Source of the DNA: Lytechinus pictus
Taxonomy: Eukaryota
Direction of reading: 5' to 3'
NCBI RefSeq assembly: GCF_037042905.1
Contig: NC_087251.1
Span: 16,680,001-16,744,000, forward strand
DNA length: 64,000 nucleotides
Position 1 is the first letter of the stretch. The number at the start of each line of letters is the position of its first letter. Below are positions 48,321-61,500 of the stretch, piece after piece. Position numbers and translations under genes: made by a program. Under the pieces are notes generated by a model. That model was given only the letters and a program-made list of their open reading frames with translations, searched no databases and was not told the DNA's origin.

Positions 48321-49837
48321 ACATTCACACACTAGATAATGATGCTTTTGGAGGGAATTCATTGGGGAGAGTTCTAAACTTCAACACAATATAATCAATA
48401 ACTGTTTAGAACCTGGCCAATGATATATTAATTTTTCGTTGGGCCTATCATGTGATTATATAGCTGGCCTTGCTGAACTAGTTCCAACCAAATTTGTGCT
48501 GTTGGTGCTTTTCATCATGCTTCTCCGAGATATGATATTAAATATGATGAAATGCAGAATCTGGGTTTGTTTAGGGCATTACATGTCTCTACTCTACACA
48601 CAAGTGCAATCAGTCAGGAAAATCAATCTTGAATATTTTTGAACGTTTTGTAGTCTCCCACAGAATCAGAAAGTTTACTGCCCACAACTGTGAGTCAGTG
48701 TGTTGTAGAAGATAGAGCTTCATATCTTATAGCACTGGTATATTTCATTTTGGGTTTATGTGTACAAATTGTGGAGTTCCCTTTCTTTGCTGGACTTCTT
48801 GTGTTTTTATGCTTAATTTTTATGGCAGAATTAGCATTCTGAAAAAAAATATTGACATAAACTAAAAAATCAAAGGTAATGACCTAGAGAGATTGTCGGT
48901 AATATAGACGACCAGAAGTTGACATATCTAAATTTGCATAATATTTTTGAGTGGTATATGGGACTCAAACATTAACTTTTGTGAGTTTGTTATCAGCATT
49001 CTAGATGATGTTTATATGCAGAATGGGAGTTGGGGCAACCCTGTTATAAATACTGAAAGCTGGGTTTGTTATGCTCCATTAATAGAGCTCATACTTCTGA
49101 TAAAGTAAGTGTTAATACGCTGTATAAAGCAAGTATTATCACCTAACATGTTTTAGAATGTGCATTCTGCCCCAAAAGAATTAATCATGAACACAGCGTT
49201 ATGTCATCAAATGTGCATCACCTCATTGTTCATCTCTGGAAATTGCTTGTGTAAATATTTTGTTGCCTAGCACATCACGACATTCCACATTCAAAATGCA
49301 CTGTTTTTCTGTATATATAGAATGTGTATAGAATATGACAGAATGCTATATTTTGGCTGTACTATTATCACTGCTTTGTGCCCTCATCGTGTATATAGAA
49401 TAACTTTATTTTGAGAAAAGAAAAAGGATACAGTATTATTTCTTGTATTTTTCCATTTTCTTTCATGAAAATGTGCTGATTTGGTTGTTTAAGAATAGAT
49501 CACACTTTTCCCCTATTATGTAATTGTTGATTATATATTTTTTGTTTGGCTCTTCCTTATTTTCCTCATTGACATGTACACAGAAATTGTGGTTGTAAAT
49601 ATTATGAGCTAATGCCAGGCATTTTGTATTGAAATGTGTTCATGTAGCATTTTCTATTCTGTGCAAATTGTGCTGATAAAAGTGATATGATTGAGATTTA
49701 CATGATATTGTGTTTCATACTGCAATGTTGAAGTTAATATTAGAGTACTTGAATAGTAATAAATTATCATTTTGCAATGATTATGCAAGCAATCTTATTT
49801 TTCCCCATGATATGCACATTTGTGTATTCCACTTTGA

Positions 49838-49843
49838 AATAAA
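49838..49843 (+). promoter_or_regulatory. candidate polyadenylation signal (AATAAA) of the MAPKBP1-like gene
   Basis: AATAAA about 1.5 kb after the stop, at the end of a U-rich UTR-like stretch; other copies at 50144 and 51315 are alternatives. Confidence 0.4.
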
Positions 49844-52456
49844 AGTTAATTATTCATTCATGCTGAAGAATTCCCCTTATTAATTTTTGTCACTAAAACC
49901 CATGGAATAGAGTATGTTATTCCATTGACTATTTGAATATACTTAGTTGCAATCTTGTGATAATCTATTTTGATATATCAAAAGAAAAGAGCAATGAGGA
50001 AAGCAACAATAGCTTTAACCATTTATGAAATACATCTGGAGATCTTGCAGAGACACATGTATCTTTCAAGCCATGAGAAATATCGATACAAATGAATTTA
50101 TCAATTAAAATACATAAATGACTGGTATGTTATTCTCTCTGTTAATAAAGTGACAATTAAAAAAAAATTGAAAGAAATGGACTTGATAACTGAAAATGTA
50201 ACTGTAAATGATACATATCAGATAGAGAAGAAACCAGAGGCTTCTTAAAACCTTTCTAAAACAGTGCGACAGAAATCTCTCATATTTCTAGAGTTTTCTG
50301 ACTTGATTAGTAAAATTTGCCCAGAGAATAGTTTGTGTGCAACCTACATATAATTGTTGTTGAAATTGTCCAAATTTGCAGAGAGGAATAATGACAGTGT
50401 ATTTTTTTTTCAAGTTTTTGCAGCTAAGAGAGAATAAAAATGTCTCCTGCTTCCACACATAAGATGTTTGTTTATATTCACTTGTATTCAGTTGGTCTAC
50501 CAAGGGATGGTGTTAATTCTCAGATTATCTAACATCATCAAGGCTAAAGACACTTGATCAGTTTAGTCCAATTGTCACTTGGGCTAATTGTCATTTAGTC
50601 TAATGCCCAGGTGGTTTGATTTTTTTGCACTTTGTCAAGGAAAATTTGGTTCAATTCATCTAATCATATAGACTAAGTTGTGGAGAAGTAGTAAGAGGTA
50701 TTTTCTTCTGGGTTATACTCAGTTGTATACAGCAATTGTTCCTTTCTTTATTATTAAAAACACTTGAAATGTAATGCAGATTACCGTAACTCTTTTGGAC
50801 ATTGCTACAGCAATTACATTTTACGGACCTTAAAGCCTTGTGTGGGAAATGGTCTCTAGACTATTTGGTGCTTCCTTTCTGTTCATGCAGTAATCCTTTG
50901 TAAAATCTTGTGCATCGAGTGTAGATATCCATGTAAATATTAATCACCCCTTATTTGCATAAGTACAAGAAATTAATAAGGTGTAGTTTAATTTTCTGTG
51001 TATTTGATATGCTGATTGTAGAATTAAAGCTCATTGTGAAAGAAACATGATTTTTAAACACTGCCTTTGAAAAAATGAAATATGGCATATGAAATTGCAC
51101 TTGCTCAAAGAAGGGTCTTATACAGCTTTGTTGTTGACATTACCAATATGATTTTTTTTACGAGTTAAGTGTTAATTATTGCTCCACAGTTGCAATATCT
51201 ATTACTGTTATCTGCACATGTTTTACTGTGCAATGTATTTCCCTTGATAAATTTAATGAATTTAGACAGAAATACTGGGGCTAAATTTCATATACACAAT
51301 GATTTAATCATTGAAATAAAATGAGAATGCAGCTTAAACTCAGTGTGTAGAGATTTTTGACACTATTGAAATTAATTGATTAAAGCAAGGTTCTTCTTTT
51401 ATTGGTGTTTGAAAACAGAATAAAACGGGGCCTGAAATGGACCACTTCTGCAGAATCAGAATTGTTATTTAAATTTTGTTTATACTGAATTTCCACTGTA
51501 TTCAATATTTCAAAACATAAACACAAAAATGTAATTAAGCATTGGTGACTTTTCTTTTAGAGTGATAGCAATTTGGTCCTAAAGTATGGCATGTACATCC
51601 GACCCAGAGTCTCCCCTCCACTGAAGAGTTGAGAGCATCCACGTTAACAACAACAAAAAACATGGAAAAGGGGTTGTTTTTCAGGGGGTAGGCGCAGAAT
51701 GCAAAAAGAATGTGTCAAAAATGAAAAAAAGGGCTCCCTCACTGACGATATCCTAAAATGCAAAAACGATATGTAATTTTCACTGACTGCGAGACCTACT
51801 GTATCAAGAGCCATGAACAAAAAATCCTTTACATCACCTAAAAAAAAAGCCAGATGAGAAGGGCAAATTCAACATGGAATCCCAAATCCCCAATACATTC
51901 GCACAATGTTGAAATGGGAATATTCAAATATTTTATGAAATCCCTGTTCAGGTTGTGCAAATATAGGACATCTGCACAAAATTTGTGTTTCAGGTGTCCT
52001 ATTGGCCTGCCCTGGAATCCTCATCTAGAGTGCTTTTTTTGGGACAATTCTTGCGGATGCTGTCCACTTTTCATTGATTTACAATTTACACAGTATTCAT
52101 TTATCATTTGTTTGTATCAGTCAATGATGGATTGCAAAATCTTGCAGCAAGCAAGCAAAAGCTTCAATTTCTCTTATTTTTATGATGCTGTATTTGTATT
52201 GATTTGATCCAAGATTATTGATAAAGCTTTCATTCCAAGCTGAATATGCATGTTCTCTTGTTTCAGTTTAATCTCTTTGTTGTTAATTATCCTCCATTCA
52301 TACAAACACTCATCACTCTGAATCTGGAAACCATTATTATTATTTATTATTCAATATTATTTTATTCCGCATTTCAAATACATAGAGAATACAGAGTTAC
52401 AAACAAGTCAGTGTTAAGAACAATTAAAACGTTGCATGACAAAGGAAATAGACCTG

Positions 52457-52596
52457 GGCCCCATTGCATAAAAGTTACTGTTATGGTAAATTTGCCATCC
52501 AATGGTATCTTTCATGGAATTCTTGATTCTTACTGGCTGTAGAGCATTGTTACCAGCAGGTAGTTACCATAATAATAACTTTCATGCAACAGGGCA
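52457..52596. mobile_element. short Harbinger-like MITE, CTG TSD
   Basis: ggccccattgcataaaagttac / aactttcatgcaacagggca; CTG on both sides. Confidence 0.72.
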
Positions 52597-52853
52597 CTGG
52601 ATTAGAATTGGAGAGGCTGCTTTTGTATGGAAAAGGTTAACTCAATAACCATAACCCATGGGTCTTCCTCCCCAAACCTCCCTAACTCCATACAGGTCAG
52701 AATAAGAAAGTTAAAATGATGTCCATGATAGATCTTGTTGGATTGGACCTTATACTCTGGATGGGCCTACCATTGTGTATACCGGTAGACAATATGGCCC
52801 GGGAAATGTATTCTATCTAACCCGGCTGGATCCTCCATTGCAAAATCATTTCG

Positions 52854-53010
52854 GGCCCCATTGCATAAAAGTTACTATTATAGTAATTTTGATATCCATT
52901 GGTATCTATCATGATATCCTTGATTCTGATTGGTTGTTGGTCACTGTTGCCATGGTAGTTACCATTGGATGGTAAAGTTACCATGATAGTAACTTTTATG
53001 CACCGGGGTC
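52854..53010. mobile_element. second copy of the MITE family at 52457
   Basis: ggccccattgcataaaagttac / gtaacttttatgcaccggggtc. Confidence 0.72.
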
Positions 53011-53148
53011 CAGTTCCGTTTTGGTTATCAAGACACGTGCATGTTCGATGTGAAGAACCAACTTTGAAAAGTTGGTCCACGTGGAAAAACTTTTTTCATT
53101 TGGGTTAGGCTTGCTTTATGATTCAGGTATTTCTTTTTTTAAACTGAA

Positions 53149-54014
53149 AGACCCTGACCGGTGTAAAAACAATCATATATCAAAATAAAGGTAATGATTC
53201 ATACAATACGAATATACCAAAAATATTACATATATCTCCTTCCAATAGTTAAAAATATTAAATAAAAATCAAAGAAACTGCTCCTCCAAAGTACGCTTTG
53301 ATTGAGCACCCCCACGTCGCCTGGAAATGATGACGTCACGTTGTGTCAGGAGGGTTGTGATTCCATAGGTTTGTGTACAAAAGCATTGGGTATTTTCTTC
53401 CATTTCCATGTTATGAATCCATTTTTTTTTTCGTTTTCAGATGAAAATGGCACTCAAAATTATTCACTGTTCAAATTGTTGTAAACCTACAACTATTCAC
53501 TACCTTTTTTGTGATTTCTTTGTTTGGCTCTTATTGGGCCTAAATTGCTATGTCAGGAAAAGTTGTTATACATAATCTAAATGCAGATAGAATTGAAATC
53601 TGCGCCAAATAAGCAGGAAATAAAATATTGCAAAAACTAGTTCAAAACTGCAGATTTCATAAATTCAAGCTTGTGGGTAAAAATATATGTGATATCCCTC
53701 TGTGATAGAAGTGAAGAGAATGAAATGCGTTATCTGGAAAGCAAAAAAATCACCCAGTTTTTCTGTGTACAAACCTATGGAATCACGACGCTTCTTACAC
53801 AACGTGACGTCACGGTCTCGAGGCAGGTGAAAAGCACAATAAAGCCTATTTTCTAAGCGGGGTTCGAAACCCGATGATTGGAATATTCTTAAGCAAAATA
53901 CTCAGCTGGGAAGCGGTGAAAATGCACAAAGCATACCTTGGTGTATTTAGTAGCTTATAAGCTTTCGATTGGTATATAATTTATCAATTTCATTTTCGGG
54001 TCCGGTCTGGATCT
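53149..54014. mobile_element. non-autonomous Kolobok-like element, TGAA target duplication
   Basis: AGACCCTGACCGG / CCGGTCTGGATCT termini; TGAA at 53145 and 54015; internal inverted arms 53320-53382 and 53761-53823. Confidence 0.7.
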
Positions 54015-54196
54015 TGAATGTTACACACGACTTTGTGTATGGCTATTATGACCATTATTTGGGTGCTAAATAAGCATTTCAATTCCAACCAGGATCACAG
54101 TTTTTCAAATCGTTATAATCAAATTTCTGTGTTTAATGCGAAGAGGAAATTCAATATTTTTCAATGTTTGAATAGGTAACAGAAAAATCTCACTTA

Positions 54197-54360
54197 TACC
54201 TTGGTCACATTTACTCTACGGCGGCCGTACGGCGAGTCAAAAACAGCCGTTTTATTAATTTTAATTCAAACCACATATATGTAGCTGGTACAAAAAAAAT
54301 GATAAAACGGCTGTTTTCAACTCGCCGTACGGCCGCCGTAGAGCAAATGTGACCAAGGTA
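54197..54360. mobile_element. palindromic PIF/Harbinger MITE, TTA TSD
   Basis: About 60-bp near-perfect arms taccttggtcacattt... / ...aaatgtgaccaaggta; TTA on both sides. Confidence 0.88.
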
Positions 54361-54546
54361 TTAGTGCCAGAAAGGGAGAGAAGAAAGAGAGTTAAAAAAT
54401 GGCTCCCAGGACCATGTCCAGTGGCTATTTCAGTGCATTGTGTGTTTGTCAATGGATCTTTCATTATTGAAGTAATGTATTTAAATGAATATTGTTCAAT
54501 CACCATTATAAGCCATCTCTGCTGATCAAGCACATGCCATACTATA

Positions 54547-55347
54547 CAGTGCGTCCCACAAAAAAAGAAACAGAGGTTTATATATTATTGATCATGTCTT
54601 AATCGCAAATACAATAGACAAATTACCTATCATTGTAAAGCTTAGGATCTCCTCTTTCAAATGAAATAACTGATGTTATTCCTTATTCATGCATGAGTGA
54701 GCAAAAAGGATTTGAAGAAAAGAAACCAAAAAGTCACTTTGCAGGCGGTATTTGAGTTTCAAAAAGAAAATCACATTTTTAAAAAGTTCAATATCTGCTC
54801 TTTAATTTGATACCTCAATTATAGAAAACAGTCGAGAAATAAAGTTCTGTTTATTTGAAATAAGGCTTGAATTCCAATAATTTCATAAAGTGAAGAGGTT
54901 TTACAGGATAGCTTTTAGACACATAACTGACGATCAGCTATGCAGAAAGTATTTAGTTAACTGCGATAGCTTCGGTGGAAAACCGGTGGAAACATGTTTC
55001 ATGAAACTATGGAAATACAAGCATTGTTTCGAAGAAACATAACTTTGTTATTTCTCGACCATTTTCTGCGATTTAGTTATCAAATTAAAGAGCAGATATT
55101 GAACTTTTTAGGCATGTGATTTTCTTTTTGAAATTTTGATACCCCCCGTCAAATGACTCTTCGCTATCCTTTCTTCAAATTGTTTTTACTCACTCATGCA
55201 CGGATGAAAAATCTTGTATGTAAAAACCAGCTGAAAGAGGACATTCTAAGCTTTACGGTGATAAGTCATTTGTCTATTGTATTTGTGATTAAGTTATGAT
55301 AAATCATCGCTAAAAAACCTCGTTTTCGTTTTTTGGGGGACGCTCTG
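54547..55347. mobile_element. Tc1/mariner-type foldback MITE, TA TSD
   Basis: TA|CAGTGCGTCCC ... GGGACGCTCTG|TA; most of the element forms long imperfect inverted arms. Confidence 0.85.
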
Positions 55348-55854
55348 TATACTGCCTTTATATTAATCCGAAGGGGGATATCCTATTTTTCTTGGGAAAT
55401 GATGAACTTGTTCCATTGGATCCTATATTGTAATGTTAAGCATTCCCGAGAACTCTCCTGTCTTGATTTGAGCCCTCCATCACCTGAAAACCCCATAAAG
55501 ATAGGGGCGCGGTGTATTTTCCATGTAATGTAGTTTACTTGCAATCAAAGATGTATTACTCTGACGTAGGTTGCATGTCATTCAGCTCACGCGTCACTAT
55601 AATTAAGTAATACATGGCTTCAACAAAATGAAATAAAAATCCATGTCTAGTCATCGAAGGTGATGAGGGGGAAGTCCAAATTGATTAAAATTAAGTGAGG
55701 ACTGAACACCACACCCATATTTTGCCAAGATGATGAAAGTCATAGGAACACGAGATTTTTAAAGAGCTTCAGTTTTGGGGGTATTTTTTTCGGCTCCCAT
55801 TCCTTTCGGGTGAATGTTGCACCCCTAACGAATGAAATTTATTTAATGAATATA

Positions 55855-56311
55855 CCCGGGGGGGCAGTCAAATATATTGCTGTACACACGCGTGACCAAA
55901 AAAAAATGCGTTTAAAGGGGTGTTTTTTTTTTCAGTTTTGGACGCGGTCCGCGCGTGGACTCGTTAAGGGTATCAAAAACACCGATTTTCAAGAAAAAGG
56001 GTGGTTTTGAAAGACTGGTCAATGTATAATCGCGGGGTCAAACGTATTTAGGGTATGTTTTTTCCCCAAAGCTTTTTGTTTATAGACTAGCCAAACGTGT
56101 TTAGGGTATGTTTTTTCCCCCAAGATTTTCCCCGAGGTCATATTTTGGCGTCAACTTGTTTAGGGGCCAAAATGTGTAAATAAAGCCCGCGAAAAACTTG
56201 TTTAGGGGGTTATTTTGCACACAGAGAAAAACTCGTTCAGGGGGTGTTTGGAAATTCCTTGGTCACGCGTTTGTACAGCAATATATTTGACTGCCCCCCC
56301 CCCCCCCCGTG
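55855..56311. mobile_element. non-autonomous DNA element with CCCGGG-poly(G) termini and 8-bp TSD; superfamily uncertain
   Basis: About 45-bp TIR ggggcagtcaaatatattgctgtaca.acgcgtgaccaa; TGAATATA at 55847 and 56312. Confidence 0.85.
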
Positions 56312-56516
56312 TGAATATACCGCCCCAATGTTAAACATCGATATGTAGCCCCAAGTTGAACGTCTACATATAGCGCCCGGTCTTGTTAAGGTTAAAATGA
56401 AATAAGCGCCAGTCATCTTCTTCTAAGTAAATTTTGCGCCGAAGAATGCCTTCACTCGGGGGTGATTGCCTTCATTTTTTCGGGAGACAAAGTGAAATTC
56501 ATTTGTAAGTGATGAC

Positions 56517-57891
56517 CAGTGGCGTAGCTACGGGGGGACCTGGGGGGGGGGCACGTGCCTCCCCCCTGAGATTTGGTGTGCCCCCCCCCCCAGGTGCCCC
56601 CCCCCCCCAGAAAAAATTGGCAGAGCAAAAAAAAAAGGAAAGAAAAAAGGGAGAAGAAAAGAAAAAAAGGAAAAGAAGAAGAAAGACAGAAGAAAAAAAG
56701 AAGAAGAAAATAAGAGGAAGACAAGTGAATGAAATAATGTAATTAAAAAAACAAATCTTTTTATGTTACTATATAAAAATATTGCTGGCGCTTCGCGCCA
56801 GAATTGCCTGGTCGATGAGATTCATATCTTGCTCAATAGGCTGATATGGAGCAAGTTTTGAAGTCAATATGCAAAACATATTTTAGCTCGACATCGAGCT
56901 TTCATTATTTGTTTTTCATTTACAAATTTAAGTGTTCTGTAAAATGTCCGTTTTATGGTCTACATATATCAGCATTTTAAGCTCACGCTGCGTGGTCACA
57001 TTGTTTGATTTGCGAAGTTCATATTGTCTACGTGTATTCCATAATGTTCCATTAAACAAATGTATTCAGAATGCCCAGATTCTAGGTCTAAATCTACAAC
57101 ACGCGCGATAGCCTGCATGTTCTTTATTTAAAATGTACATGTACTTAAATTATCCAGTTTCACATCAGAATATCAATAATTGTCTGCTCACGCTTCACGA
57201 TCGCATTATTAATGATACCCAATTGACTATATCCTATTTATGATTTACAAAATATGAATAGAATGTCCCGCTTTTAGGTCTAAAATCTCAATTTTCTTCC
57301 TCTCGCGCTTCGCGCTCGCATCAATTGTTTAGTTACATACCTATCCCATTTATCAATACAAAAAGTGCTTAGAATGACCATTTTTTTAGGTCGGAATGTA
57401 AAAAAAAATTTGCTCGCCCTTCGCGCTCGCATTATCGAAATATATACCGTCTTCGTGGGTAACTGTAAGCAGTTCTTAACAGGTCCCTTTTCGATAATGC
57501 TAGAACAGTTGATAAAAATTTCTGTTCGCGCTTGGCGTTCGCAGTAGCCATCTAGTTACATACGAATCTTGTTCAGGATCACACATAACATTGCCCAGAA
57601 AATTAAATTAAAAATACATGAAAGTAAAAAAAAAAGAATCGCTCGCGCTTTTTATCAGGCTTATGAGATTATTTCATGTTTATGTTGTTTTATAAGAATA
57701 AAACTAAGAAGTAACTGATATAAGTGAAGATAATTTCGGGCCCCGTCCCCTATTGGCGAAAGTCGGATCCGACCTTGTGACACATACACACACACACACA
57801 CACCGGAAAAATGGTCGGTGCCCCCCCCCCCCCCCTGAAAAAGCAAGGACCCCCCAGTGCCCCCCGGAAAAAAATCCTAGCTACGCCACTG
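56517..57891. mobile_element. non-autonomous hAT element, 14-bp TIR, 8-bp TSD
   Basis: CAGTGGCGTAGCTA / TAGCTACGCCACTG; GTGATGAC at 56509 and 57892; repeated internal cgcgcttcgcgctcgc motif. Confidence 0.92.
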
Positions 57892-58471
57892 GTGATGACC
57901 ATTATTTTTTTTGTATTGGCTCGTATAATTTGGGGGAAAGGAACGCACCCACCTTTAAAAAAAAATCATGGAACCGCGCCTGCTTCCTTCGTGGTCTATT
58001 CTGGCGCTAATTACAACTTTGAATTTTTGTAGTGTGTTAAACAGTTCTGCCCCCGCCTGCGAAAGGGAGAAGGTGCTAATCGCAATGACCTTATAGTAAC
58101 AGACTGAACATTTTGGACAAACTTAAAGAGAAAACGGACATTTTTAGAAGCAACTAAGGTCATATTCAAATGGGTTACTTTATCAAAGGTGAAAAGGGGC
58201 ACACTACTATTTTTTGGCAAATTCTAATGTCTTATTATTTAGATTGGAAAATATACATTTTGTTTGTTTAGTTATATATTTTTTAATAAATCAATTGGCT
58301 GGTTACATTCTCACTTTTTTTTTGTAATTATATAAACAAATTGATTTGTTTATAACAATTTGTGTGCTAAGCGGATAAGTCAATTTGCCCAAAAAAAATC
58401 ATATAAATAAATAAAGAGAGAACGAAAGGGACCTTAAAATTAATAATGATTTTTAGATCAAAATTTCATTA

Positions 58472-58593
58472 GTGGAGCAATCGTCGCGGAGCAATTGTCA
58501 TCAGAGCACATGTCTCCGGAGCAATCGTCGGCGGAGCATATGTTAGCAGAGCATTTGTTAGCGGAGCATTACTTGTCGCGGAGCAATAGTCAT
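58472..58593. repeat. minisatellite with about 15-bp unit (gcggagcaattgtc-like), about 8 units
   Basis: Seen directly. Confidence 0.85.
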
Positions 58594-61500
58594 AATGCTA
58601 CCAGAGCAGAATTTATGTCGGCGAAAGCTGTATATCCAACTTTGATCACAATAAAGTCATAATTACCGATAGCTCTTTGATATCAATTTCTTTAAACTTT
58701 ATGACAACCGCGAGTTACGCAAAAAACGGGTAGCGAGAAAATTATATTACTTTATATGGGACCTCTATAGGCTCTCGCATGTCATAAAACAATAAAGATG
58801 ATTGGTAATTTATTTTTATTCTTTATGTCAACGACCGGTTATTTTCTTTTTATAAGAAAAGTTAATTGTGGCGCTCTTCACCTGTTCAACTTTATACATC
58901 TCCTCTCTGTTGGCTTTTGGAAATATGAACAGGAATATTAGCCCCCCCCCCCCCCTATATACTAAACCATGATACTCGTAGGCTTTCCTCATTAATTGTG
59001 TCACTATTTGGGAGAAGATACACTTTCAGGCTATAATAATTATCTGTTCATGATGACCTTTTCTTTCAATAGGGGATTTGTGCATGTGTCAATTTTTTTT
59101 TTCTCATTAAATAGATTATTGTCTTTTAATTGTCCATAATTATATACCATTCTGTGTATGGAATTCCTTTTTTTCTTCGTGTAAACTAGTCCAATAAAAA
59201 AAACACAATCAAAATAAGGACGGATATGCAAGACAGGTAAATGGCTAATATCCTGCCTTATATGTAACATTTTTAACTTTTTAGTAAGGTATTTTATCGT
59301 GTTTGTTACACTACTTTAAATGAAGAAAACAAATCCATTCACAGAAGGGTAGACGGATATGCAAGACTAGATATTATCCAGTCCTTCAATATAACATTAT
59401 TTTTGTTGTAATTGAGTAAACTATTTGATTGTGTCTGTTTGTTATTATGCATTATGTTGTGTTTTGTAATACCAGTTTACGTCAAAGTTACATAATATTA
59501 CACGACTGATGTGGAAGAATACATTCAACGCATCCGTTCGAGATTCCCCTCTCGCCCTCACCCCCCCCCCCCCGCTTGTCTCGTAAGGTTGCTTTTTGCT
59601 TTGAACACTCCCCCATCGCGCGCACCGCACCGCATCTTTTCTAGATAAATCGTATCTATTTGTTAAAACTCTTAAAATGCAGTCAACAAGAAAATATTTG
59701 CTATGACTCTCTTTGCAAGCCCAATGCAAAACATCGACTTTCCCTTCTCCCCATGAAGCATATCAATAAAAAGCAACATCGAGGAAAGTGGCTATTGTTG
59801 TATCTTTGAATTTCGGGACCTTTTCTTTGCCTTTTCATCATGTTTTCACCACGTTCTTCACTTTCGATTTTTTTGGGGTTATATTGTTGGGGTGTTGAAT
59901 TGTGGCACTCAGGGGCCATGTTGCACTGTCTATACTGTAAAAAAAAGTATTTTAACGGGAAAACCGTAATTTGTCTTGCCAAATTTACAGTGAAAATAGC
60001 GTAAAGTTTATGAAAGACCAAATTCAATGTTGAAAATCAAAAGCCCCGTTATTATTTAAGATAAAGCATAAAAGTTACAGTGGAAAGTCAGACAGCAAGT
60101 TGTCAGGAATTTACCATTTAAATAGGGTAAATTTCTGGGAACTTGCTGCGCGACTTTTCACCGTAAATTTAAAGGTTTACAAACAAATTCGGGTCTTCCA
60201 CAAATTTTACGCTATTCATCACAAGATTGGGCAGGGAACGTATAAGAAATGCGGTATTTTCATACTCCTTATTTGTGTTGTATATCATTAGAATTTTAGA
60301 CAAACAAAGACATTTCTTAAAAACTATTTGTGAAGAAGTAAAATTATATTAGTGTGACTTATTTTCATGGCAATTACAATGAATTATTTAAATGAAATAA
60401 ATGAAAGTTGACATTCAACTCCATTATGAATGACAATAGTAAATCTTATGAGATCCCTATATGTATACAGAGCTAAAAACGAAGAAACGTTTGATCGATC
60501 GATGTTCCCATAAAGTGGACTCATCATTCATTGCTTAATCTAAACCACGAATAACAGTGGCAAATGAGCCAAAAATTTCGAGGAATCAGATATGGCGTAT
60601 TGAGCAAAATTAATAAAAAGTTACGAGCGAGCGGAGTGAGAAAAAAAATCGACTTTTTTATTACAAAAATCCAAAAGTGTGATAGATTTTGACATAATAT
60701 TCGGAAAATAATATATTTCACCTCTTTCTTTATTCTCTTTTCTCTCTCTCTCTCTCTCTCTTATTTTGTTAGTCAATCGTGATTTTTTTTTTTTTTTTTT
60801 TTTTTTTGGGGGGGGGGGGAACGCCCAAAGCCCCTTCTCCCATCTCTACGCCGCGGATGAATAACCTGGGCAATTCCATGTTTGATCAAACAAAATCATT
60901 GCCCCATGAGATTGTTATATTTGAAGGCTTGTGTCACTTTTTGGAAATACACATCAATTGAAAATAAGTGCAAATATATGCTTTATATTCACATTTATAG
61001 TTCCTTAATAATTATATAACATATATAACTGAAAATAATAGATACGGAATAAAACACTGATTTTATTAAAGAATAAATGTTCTGAATTAATGGTATGCAT
61101 ATCCACCTTACCTGCATAATTTTCAGCAAAATTAATAAATTTGCATGGCGTTATTGCTATATGGCTAGCCCATGAATTATGTGATAATAAGTTTCGGATA
61201 AACACAAAGACTCCCTTAATGTACGTATTTAATTAATTGCTGCAAACGTACTTATCTACAAACAATACCAAGTACAAAAATACAGAGCAATAAATTGACA
61301 TTAAGAAATCTGCGAAAAATCACAAAAAAATAAATATAAACATGTTTATGACCACAAGATATCATTATATTGCTGAGTGGGTCGGTATTATGGACCCGAC
61401 TACGAATATGATTCAAGGTGGGAACGAACTATTCTAAATTTCATCACGTCGCGGTGTTTAAATTAACAGGATTTCAGTGTCTTCATAAATATTTGTTAAA

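Noticed and set aside
56452..56742. Lys-rich (+) and Phe-rich (-) ORFs
   Set aside because: Translations of G/C- and A-runs at the hAT element end.
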